Virus record (IMG/VR): IMGVR_UViG_3300017766_005104
Coordinates: 1-24,832 of that record
DNA: 24,832 nt
Direction: 5' to 3' (one strand)
From: a virus
Lineage: Duplodnaviria; Caudoviricetes
In this document: positions 15,033-21,541 of the stretch, piece after piece
How the letters are laid out: the number at the start of each line of letters is the position of its first letter
Position numbering within the stretch: position 1 is the stretch's first letter
Made by a program: the position numbers and the translations under genes
Notes under the pieces: generated by a model
Databases searched by the model: none
What the model saw: the letters and a program-made list of their open reading frames with translations, nothing else
What the model was told of the DNA's origin: nothing

Positions 15033-15680
15033 CTACCAGACAGTAAATTCTTCTACTTCTATGCCCTCCATAGCAAAAGCGTATACACCTGTGTGCTTAC
15101 AACGATACACTCGCTGATAGATTGTAGAGTAATTTAGTCCTAATTCTTTGCACAAACTCTTAGCATTATACAGTACTCCCTGATACAGGTACATTGTTTT
15201 AGTTACGTGACCTACTACAGGTCTTTTACTACGTAGCACCCTAGATGCAGCTATGCGCACTGTTTGTTCCTGCGGGGATACGCAGTCTTTATTCCGTCTA
15301 CTCTTAGCTACTCCGCTTTCATCTCGTCCGTTATCGTCTTGCCATCCTAGCGCTAGTTCTTCTTTTCCTATGTGCCGGACTACCATACTACCTGGATTTT
15401 GACCCGTTTTTAAGTAGTACGCAATCCTATGGGCATAAAATAATCCATGTCCCCGCACAGACACTAACCATTTTGCTCCGCTTCTTGAACCAGCTGGTTC
15501 ACCTATTTTAGCTTTACCATTTTTACTAGCGACTTTCCAAACAAGGCCCGAAGGCGATGTACTAGATATCTCGAGCAGCTCTTCAACTATTGGTGGAATG
15601 GGGCGTGGAGCTCCCTTCCTATTGAGCGCGTAGTGCACATCGGTAAGCGGAAGGCAGCGCTGGTATGTCTGAGCAGGCAT
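15033..15680 (-). CDS. HNH homing-endonuclease-like protein with apparently degenerate active site
   Basis: AT-rich; SPSGLVWK...GEPAG...YAHRIAYYLKTG..P...VVRH and C-terminal LCKELGLNYSTIYQR HTH. Start uncertain (15680 or 15761). Confidence 0.65.
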   Translation of the reverse strand: MPAQTYQRCLPLTDVHYALNRKGAPRPIPPIVEELLEISSTSPSGLVWKVASKNGKAKIGEPAGSRSGAKWLVSVRGHGLFYAHRIAYYLKTGQNPGSMVVRHIGKEELALGWQDDNGRDESGVAKSRRNKDCVSPQEQTVRIAASRVLRSKRPVVGHVTKTMYLYQGVLYNAKSLCKELGLNYSTIYQRVYRCKHTGVYAFAMEGIEVEEFTVW

Positions 15681-15866
15681 ACAGGTCTCTGAGGTACCCC
15701 ACAAGCATACCCCCCTACAACTTTTATTTATATACAGTTTTTCTAGCCCAGGATGTGACATATCCCCCTCTAGCCCAGTCTCACTGCGACGCAGGGCTGG
15801 ACTCAACTTGTGACACAGCGAGACTCATGTCCCTCAGGTGCGACTCATGAGACTTACTGGGGTGGC

Positions 15867-15895
15867 TTGACGACCGCGCGGCGCCATGCCAGACT
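15867..15895 (+). promoter_or_regulatory. Promoter P1
   Basis: TTGACG-17 bp (ending TGC)-CAGACT. Confidence 0.5.
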
Positions 15896-15958
15896 GACCT
15901 CACGCGCGCACATCATGCGCGTTTTCAGCTCTCACTGCAACCACCTCCGGCGGATTGC

Positions 15959-15987
15959 TTGACAGCTGGCTGCCCTTGTGCAACGCT
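15959..15987 (+). promoter_or_regulatory. Promoter P2
   Basis: TTGACA-17 bp (ending TGTGC)-AACGCT. Confidence 0.6.
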
Positions 15988-16078
15988 TAAGGGCATCGGG
16001 AGCTCAGCCGCCCCGCGGAGCCTAGGCCTCTGGCCAGCTCCCCGCGGCTGCGCGCCGATCCCCGTTCCGGCGGGGTGC

Positions 16079-16107
16079 TTGACAGATCGCCCGATCTGTG
16101 CAACCAT
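16079..16107 (+). promoter_or_regulatory. Promoter P3
   Basis: TTGACA-17 bp (ending TGTGC)-AACCAT; 120 bp after P2; spacer contains the palindrome ACAGATCG-cc-CGATCTGT. Confidence 0.62.
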
Positions 16108-16113
16108 TCTCTC

Positions 16114-16646
16114 AGTCGAAACCACCGATGCGCTAAGCCACAGAGCGGGGCAGGGCCCCGCGCGATAAATAGGCCACGGCCGCCGAACCGCTTGTCCCCG
16201 TCTGGGGGAGCGAGGGCGCTAGGGCCTGAGATAAGTAGGGAGCTGGGCTAGTACCCCAGCGAACGCGAAACCCCCGAAAAGTCGGTCCCGCTTTCATGCG
16301 GGCTGAGTCCGGTGAGGGGCGGAGTAGTTGATCAACCGAAAGGCTCAGGTGGGTGTTGACCCGTAACCGAACGCGGACCCTTCGTACCGGTGTAGGACGC
16401 CAAAGACAGTAGTGGCTAGCGTGCACCGCCTCACGGCGGGGGTGTGTCCGGATTCCAGCTCCGGGCGAGGTGAGTCAACTCCCCACACCCAGCACAGATA
16501 GCGGCGCTCCTATCAGGCCGCATTACAAATGAGTGATAGGACGGTCGTGCGTGTCGACCGTGGCAACGGGCATTCGGCTCTGCCCATCACGCACAAACCA
16601 TCTCCCCCAGAAGTTCCCCCTGGCGCACTGCGTCCGGGGGTCTTTT
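16114..16646 (+). ncRNA. Candidate large structured non-coding RNA (~530 nt)
   Basis: No credible ORF; bounded by P3 and a terminator-like hairpin; more than 10 local stems plus long-range helices; locally G-rich against the C-rich + strand. Confidence 0.62.
16616..16646 (+). terminator. Terminator-like or processing hairpin
   Basis: CCCCCTGG-CGCA...GCGT-CCGGGGG then TCTTTT; extendable by CCAGAAG/CTTTTGG. Confidence 0.6.
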
Positions 16647-16689
16647 GGCTGAGGTGCTTTGCATCTCACGTCCCCAAGCTGTGTCCAGC

Positions 16690-16908
16690 ATGCGTTTCAA
16701 TTCCCGCCGCGCCGATGTCACCGGCTATCTCGAATTCATCTGGATCGAGAAAGACCTCCCCGAGGGCGTCAACCCTCAAGCCATCGCCCTGATCACGGAT
16801 ACGACCGACGGCCGCTTCCACGGCATGTATGGCCTCCAAACCGTGTCCGGCCCCACCGTTTCCGCAGTCAAGGCAGAACTGTTCGCCCTCATCGAGGCAG
16901 GCCAGTGA
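16690..16908 (+). CDS. Hypothetical protein (first gene of the early-type array)
   Basis: ATG 16690; C-ending codons begin here. Confidence 0.7.
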   Translation: MRFNSRRADVTGYLEFIWIEKDLPEGVNPQAIALITDTTDGRFHGMYGLQTVSGPTVSAVKAELFALIEAGQ

Positions 16909-17135
16909 TCACCGAGCACGCCACCGCCGAGCACTTCGCTCGCTGGGAGTCCCACGCCCGTGGTCTGGACGCCTACTCCCTCCGCTACATCGTGGCCGAC
17001 TGCCACCAGGCCGCCGCCGGTATGCGCGGTTGGAATCCCTCCCGTGAGGGCTACTACTTGGACCAAGCCGCCACCTATGGCATGGAGCTAACCCGCCGCA
17101 ACCGCGAGCTCCCACCAGCTTTGCGCCACCGTTGA
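16905..17135 (+). CDS. Hypothetical protein
   Basis: GTGA overlap; VITEHATAEHFARWE...YYLDQAATY..EL.RR. Confidence 0.7.
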   Translation: MITEHATAEHFARWESHARGLDAYSLRYIVADCHQAAAGMRGWNPSREGYYLDQAATYGMELTRRNRELPPALRHR

Positions 17136-17356
17136 CCCATTCCGAAACTGCACAAGCCATGACCACAGTCCACCGCATCGACACCGGCGAGACCTTCGTC
17201 TACACCCTCTCTCCCGCGCAGGCCGTCATCGCTGCCTACGAGCAGCACACCTGCCGCAACTGGAATACCTGGCGCTACCGCGACCCTTCCCAATACACGG
17301 GGTACCGCCGCACCAAGCATGGCCACGAATGCAACGGCTACTGGGCAAAAGCATGA
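17132..17356 (+). CDS. Hypothetical protein
   Basis: TTGA overlap; alternative ATG at 17159. Confidence 0.68.
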   Translation: MTHSETAQAMTTVHRIDTGETFVYTLSPAQAVIAAYEQHTCRNWNTWRYRDPSQYTGYRRTKHGHECNGYWAKA

Positions 17357-17535
17357 CCTACGAAATCCACTGCACCATCACCGATGAGCTCGGCACCCGC
17401 ACCGCCCCCACCGGCATCTGGGGGTGGAGCCGTGCCGACCTCGTGCTGGAACTCGCCGGCCTAACCCGCCGCAACCCGGACTGCACCTTCCACATCGAGG
17501 AGTGCATCCCCGAGGACGCCTTCAACGCCTACTGA
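17353..17535 (+). CDS. Hypothetical protein
   Basis: ATGA overlap at 17353; 60 aa. Confidence 0.68.
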   Translation: MTYEIHCTITDELGTRTAPTGIWGWSRADLVLELAGLTRRNPDCTFHIEECIPEDAFNAY

Positions 17536-17542
17536 TCTGCCA

Positions 17543-17731
17543 ATGAGCACCATCCGCCGCGCCCCCACCGAGTCTTTCCCCGAGACCGTCTCCTGGCTCG
17601 CTGAGCTGTTTTCCGTCGACCGCCGCACCGCAACCCACATCGCGTGGAACGTGTGCTTCCGCATCGGCACCGATCGTCACCTCTGGGTTGACGAAACCCG
17701 CGCCCACCGCTTCATCGAGCGCAAATCATGA
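17543..17731 (+). CDS. Hypothetical protein
   Basis: 62 aa with array-type codon usage. Confidence 0.68.
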   Translation: MSTIRRAPTESFPETVSWLAELFSVDRRTATHIAWNVCFRIGTDRHLWVDETRAHRFIERKS

Positions 17732-17895
17732 CCGTGGACCCCCACACCAAAGCCACCGAGGTCTGGTTCCTGCTCCACCAAATAGAGCAGCTAACCATCA
17801 ACGACCCCGCTTACATCCACGTCCTACGTGACGTGTCCAACTGCCTCGACCGCGTCGAAACCATCCAGCACGACATAGAGGCATCCGGCAACTGA
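17728..17895 (+). CDS. Hypothetical protein (55 aa, MTVDPHTKATEVWFLLHQIEQL...)
   Basis: Manual translation; ATGA overlap. Confidence 0.62.
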   Translation: MTVDPHTKATEVWFLLHQIEQLTINDPAYIHVLRDVSNCLDRVETIQHDIEASGN

Positions 17896-17974
17896 CGCTC
17901 CCCCGGAGCTCTACCCCTTCTATGGGCGGGCTCCCTGGGCGCCTCGCCCCTTCCCTTCACAAGCTGTAGACAGC

Positions 17975-18694
17975 ATGTCCCGCAAACTTCGCGGCTTCAT
18001 CGTCGATCGCGGTCTCTCCCCGATCGACGGCGAGCCCTACATCGCCGTGCTTGTTCTCCAATCCGAGAACGTCAAGACCGGCAACATGTGCCAAGTCTTC
18101 ATCCTCCGCCCGGACGTGCCTCCGCTGGAGGCCATCGCGTCTGGCGCCGACCGCACCATCTGCGGTGACTGCCCGCACCGCCGTCGCTGGTCTGATGAGC
18201 TGCAGCGCTACGTGCGCTCCTGCTATGTCGACGTAGGCAAAAGCGTCGGCAGCGTCTACCGCGCCCTCACCCGAGGCTCCTACCCCGAGTACGACCCCGC
18301 TCTACACGCCCGCTACATCCGCGGGCGCCGCATCCGCTGGGGTACCTACGGCGACCCTGCCATCCTCACCGAGTCCGTCGTTCGCGACCTCACCGCCCTA
18401 GCCGACGGCCACACCGGCTACAGCCACCAGTGGCGCCACGACTGGGCGCAATGGTGCCGCGGCTTTTTCCAGGCATCGTGCGACTCGTTCACTGACTACC
18501 TCGCCGCGTCAGCGGCGGGCTGGCGCACCTTTGCCGTCGTGCCCCAGGGCAGCGCCCCCTACAGCGGCAAGCTCTGCCCCGCCACCGCCGCCGACTCGCA
18601 AGCGCAGTGCCTTACCTGTCGCCTCTGCGACGGCGCCAAGACCGACATCTTCGTAGAAGCCCACGGCGTCGGCGCCGCCTACGTCAACGCATGA
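17975..18694 (+). CDS. Cys-rich phage protein (DUF7227/Gp88-like), possible Fe-S or radical-SAM-related fold
   Basis: N.KTG, ICGDCPHR...CYV, IRWGTYGDP, GYSHQW, ASCDS, GWRTF, CPA...CLTCRLC. Confidence 0.6.
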   Translation: MSRKLRGFIVDRGLSPIDGEPYIAVLVLQSENVKTGNMCQVFILRPDVPPLEAIASGADRTICGDCPHRRRWSDELQRYVRSCYVDVGKSVGSVYRALTRGSYPEYDPALHARYIRGRRIRWGTYGDPAILTESVVRDLTALADGHTGYSHQWRHDWAQWCRGFFQASCDSFTDYLAASAAGWRTFAVVPQGSAPYSGKLCPATAADSQAQCLTCRLCDGAKTDIFVEAHGVGAAYVNA

Positions 18695-18879
18695 CCCGCA
18701 AACCCCGCACCACCACCACCATGACCCGCCCCCGCCGCCCCACCCCTCCCTGGGTCCGCGCCGAACACATCGCCGGACTGTGCCTCGGCCTGGCCCTCGC
18801 CGCCATGGCCGTCGACTACGGCTACCAGCGCCCCAGCGACACCCTGCCCCCCACCCCCACCCTCTACACAGGCCCATGA
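18691..18879 (+). CDS. Small single-TM protein
   Basis: ATGA overlap; IAGLCLGLALAAMAV hydrophobic segment. Confidence 0.6.
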   Translation: MTRKPRTTTTMTRPRRPTPPWVRAEHIAGLCLGLALAAMAVDYGYQRPSDTLPPTPTLYTGP

Positions 18880-19082
18880 CCGACACCCCCGATCCCCGCC
18901 CCCTCTCCCCCCGCGACCCCGAGCCCGACGCTCCACCCATCCGCGTCTGGCACTTCCTCTCCGCCGACCTCGAGCACGAGCACTGGGTGGAGGACCCCAC
19001 CGAGGTCGAGCCCCTCCTCATCGAGTACGCCACCCGCGCGCAGCCCTACACCCTCAACCACTACGTGGAAGATCCGCACTAA
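18876..19082 (+). CDS. Hypothetical protein
   Basis: ATGA overlap at 18876; 68 aa. Confidence 0.65.
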   Translation: MTDTPDPRPLSPRDPEPDAPPIRVWHFLSADLEHEHWVEDPTEVEPLLIEYATRAQPYTLNHYVEDPH

Positions 19083-19142
19083 CTGCAGCAAAGCTGCTAA
19101 CTTCCTTGCGCTCCTCACCGATCCTTGCTAAACATCACGCAG

Positions 19143-19487
19143 ATGCGTAACCCGACCCGCACAACCCGCACCTACAGCCCCACCGGCGCAATCGGCCGCC
19201 GTCTCACCGCAGCCCACGAGCTGCAACTCCAATCGCAGCGCATCACCGCTGAGCTCACCGCTCACCGCACCTGGCTCTGCGACCGCATGGAGCGCCTCGA
19301 CCTCGACCGCATCGAGCAGGGCGACCTCATCGTCACCCGCAAACTTCGCCACCGCTGGACTTACACCTCCGAGACCGAGGCCGCCATGGAGGCCCTCCGC
19401 AAAACCCAACTCCGCGAGCAGGCCGAAGGCCTCGCCACCGACTCCCCCACCGTCTACGTCGCCCTCACCACTCAGTACCTGCCATGA
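19143..19487 (+). CDS. Hypothetical coiled-coil protein
   Basis: ATG 19143; helical N-terminal half followed by beta-type RHRWTYT segment. Confidence 0.7.
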   Translation: MRNPTRTTRTYSPTGAIGRRLTAAHELQLQSQRITAELTAHRTWLCDRMERLDLDRIEQGDLIVTRKLRHRWTYTSETEAAMEALRKTQLREQAEGLATDSPTVYVALTTQYLP

Positions 19488-19678
19488 GCCTCACAGCCCT
19501 CTCCCCCACCGAGCTCCACCACACCGTCACCGCCATGGAGCGCCACGGCGGCGGCTTCTGCCGCGCCCTCGCCGCCGCCTGGTACGTCGCCGACCCCAGC
19601 AACAAGCGCCGCCTCGAGAACGCCTTCAACCACATCCTCGAGGACTTCGCCCCCGGCTCTTACTTCTACAACCGCTGA
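19484..19678 (+). CDS. Hypothetical protein (MERHGGGFCRALAAAWYVAD..NKRRL..AF type)
   Basis: ATGA overlap; 64 aa. Confidence 0.75.
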   Translation: MSLTALSPTELHHTVTAMERHGGGFCRALAAAWYVADPSNKRRLENAFNHILEDFAPGSYFYNR

Positions 19679-19682
19679 CCCC

Positions 19683-19844
19683 ATGCGCATCATCACCCTT
19701 CAAGTCGTGCGCGAGCACGGCACCGAGCCACGCCTTGCCGTTCAAGTGGACGGCCGCCGTGGCGTCCCTTCATTCCTCGCCCCTGAGGACGTTGGCACCT
19801 GGATCCAGGGCTTCATCGCCGCACTCCCCCCGCTGGAGGACTGA
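19683..19844 (+). CDS. Hypothetical protein (53 aa, MRIITLQVVREHGTEPRLAVQVDG...)
   Basis: Manual translation; TGATG-coupled to the HNH gene. Confidence 0.62.
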   Translation: MRIITLQVVREHGTEPRLAVQVDGRRGVPSFLAPEDVGTWIQGFIAALPPLED

Positions 19845-20455
19845 TGCGCCGCTTCACTCTCACGCCTGGAACTGCCAAACCTGAATGGTTGGCTGTACCA
19901 ATACCAAGGTACGCTCACTTATACGAGGTCTCTAGTGCTGGACAAGTTAGAGCGCTAGACAGATTCGTAATAGACAAGCTTACGGGTATTAAGCGCTCGC
20001 ACAAAGGACGGATAATTACACCGAAACAGTCTGGCCGGTACCTAGGCGTTTCGCTATTCGACCATCCGGACTCCTCTCGTTTTTACATACACCGACTTGT
20101 AGCCCTTGCGTTCATTCCTAATCCCGATAACAAGCCCTGTGTTAATCACAAAAACAGAGACCGTTATGACAACCACGTCGAAAACCTGGAGTGGGTTACT
20201 TATCAAGAAAACTCACAGCATCTTATCTCATCTGTTGACTATGTGCCACCACGAGCGGTCAAAGGCGAGGATAGTCCCTCGGCGAAACTCAACGCTGAAG
20301 TTGTCGAGCAACTTCGCTTGTCCTGGGAGCCAGGGGCGCCTATTGGGAGCTTGGCTAGGCTGTACGGTGTTAGCCACAGGGCGCTATACCAAGCACTTAG
20401 CGGGAATACTTGGAAGCACGTTGCTCCTAAACGTGCAGTTAACTGGCCACACTAG
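19844..20455 (+). CDS. NUMOD4-HNH homing endonuclease with C-terminal HTH
   Basis: YEVSSAGQVR (NUMOD4); IHRLVALAFIPNPDNKPCVNHKNRDRYDNHVENLEWVT..EN; YGVS...TWKHV; AT-rich relative to neighbours. Confidence 0.93.
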   Translation: MRRFTLTPGTAKPEWLAVPIPRYAHLYEVSSAGQVRALDRFVIDKLTGIKRSHKGRIITPKQSGRYLGVSLFDHPDSSRFYIHRLVALAFIPNPDNKPCVNHKNRDRYDNHVENLEWVTYQENSQHLISSVDYVPPRAVKGEDSPSAKLNAEVVEQLRLSWEPGAPIGSLARLYGVSHRALYQALSGNTWKHVAPKRAVNWPH

Positions 20456-20717
20456 GCCAGTAACAGCTACTACTTATCACTCTTATTATCACGGCCGCAT
20501 CACCTATTGCGGCCAGACCTACCAGCACTGGGGCGTCAGCGCCGCCCACCCCTGGCTCCCCTGCGGCACCCGAGTGCGCGTCTCCCACCGAGGCCGCACC
20601 CTCACGGTGCCCATCACCGACCGCTGCGACTGCGCAAGTTTGGATCTCAGCGCCGGCGCCGCCTACCGCCTCGGCGTTCCGCTCGATGGCATCGCCTCCG
20701 TGCACATCTCTTACTGA
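20367..20717 (+). CDS. rlpA: RlpA-like double-psi beta-barrel lytic transglycosylase
   Basis: ATTY...YHGR.T.CG..Y.....SAAHPWLPCGTRVRV...TVPITDR...LDLS..A...LG. Start uncertain (GTG 20367, TTG 20421 or GTG 20433), all inside the HNH gene. Confidence 0.8.
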   Translation: MLATGRYTKHLAGILGSTLLLNVQLTGHTRPVTATTYHSYYHGRITYCGQTYQHWGVSAAHPWLPCGTRVRVSHRGRTLTVPITDRCDCASLDLSAGAAYRLGVPLDGIASVHISY

Positions 20718-20722
20718 GTCTC

Positions 20723-20956
20723 ATGAGTCTCACTATCCGCTACCTCCGCAAGGAGCTCCTCCACTTCACCGACGGCACCATCGCCGAACACACCCGCAAA
20801 GAAGTGGAGCGCCTGTCTTCCCCCGAGCACGAACCACCCCCCGTTAGCCGGGGTGTCGGCGCATTCCTCGTCCCCGCCTCTGACCACTACCTGCAGTCCT
20901 GGCGTGACATCAATCCCGCCATCCGCAACGTCACCTTCTCCTACACACGCGTATGA
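20723..20956 (+). CDS. Hypothetical protein
   Basis: ATG 20723; 77 aa; ATGA-coupled to the next gene. Confidence 0.65.
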   Translation: MSLTIRYLRKELLHFTDGTIAEHTRKEVERLSSPEHEPPPVSRGVGAFLVPASDHYLQSWRDINPAIRNVTFSYTRV

Positions 20957-21210
20957 CTGACCTCACCCTTCCCACTGTTCATCTAAACGGCACCAGCCGA
21001 GCCACCCTCTCTGAGGGCTACTTCAACGCCTACCGCGCCCTGCAAGACGCCATCCGCGCCTTCAACGAGATCGAAATTAACGCGAGGGACTACTACGTCG
21101 CCGGTCCCGGCGCGTGGCCCCAAGCCACCACGCAAAGAGACGTGATGCGCTCCCACCTCCGCGACGTCCAGCAGTACCTCGAAGCCCACCTCATCCACCT
21201 AGGCGAATGA
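20953..21210 (+). CDS. Hypothetical protein (PTVHLNGTS...NARDYY type)
   Basis: ATGA overlaps at both ends. Confidence 0.75.
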   Translation: MTDLTLPTVHLNGTSRATLSEGYFNAYRALQDAIRAFNEIEINARDYYVAGPGAWPQATTQRDVMRSHLRDVQQYLEAHLIHLGE

Positions 21211-21470
21211 ACGACCCTGCTTTCAACCTGCTCCAGCTTGAGTCGCGCCCCAACTGGTACGACCACCTCAGCGCCGTCGAGGCCGCCATGGCCGCCCAGG
21301 ACCGCATCGACACCGCCCGCTTCCGCGCCGGCTGGTCCGGCGATGAGGGCGGCTGGTACTCCCCCGACGGCATCCACGAATCCGACTGGGAGCTCGAGGG
21401 CTACCCCTTCCCCGAGGACGACAACTACGCCACCTTCTGGCACGCCTACATCCACAGCGCCTCCGTCTGA
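21207..21470 (+). CDS. Hypothetical acidic, Trp-rich protein
   Basis: ATG 21207; 87 aa. Confidence 0.7.
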   Translation: MNDPAFNLLQLESRPNWYDHLSAVEAAMAAQDRIDTARFRAGWSGDEGGWYSPDGIHESDWELEGYPFPEDDNYATFWHAYIHSASV

Positions 21471-21541
21471 CCACCCGGAGGGCTGCGCCTCCGCTACCAA
21501 CGCAGCCGGTTCCGCCGGCCCAGCACCCCTACCGCACCACC

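Noticed and set aside
16114-16646. tRNA, tmRNA, RNase P or self-splicing intron identity for the non-coding region
   Set aside because: No cloverleaf with a T-loop, no tmRNA termini or tag ORF, no RNase P P4 signature, and no interrupted gene or recognisable intron core by eye. An Rfam scan is still needed.
16663-16669. ATCTCAC upstream of the first early gene as an antisense target of the sRNA GUGAGAU loop
   Set aside because: A 7-nt match is expected by chance in a 25-kb window and the pairing does not extend.
15925-16792. ORFs 15959..16168, 16133..16426 and 16529..16792 as genes
   Set aside because: No codon bias like neighbouring genes, weak starts, and they cross promoters and the terminator hairpin.
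19844-20490. Group I intron carrying the HNH gene
   Set aside because: The AT-rich insert is almost entirely ORF, leaving no room for a ribozyme core.
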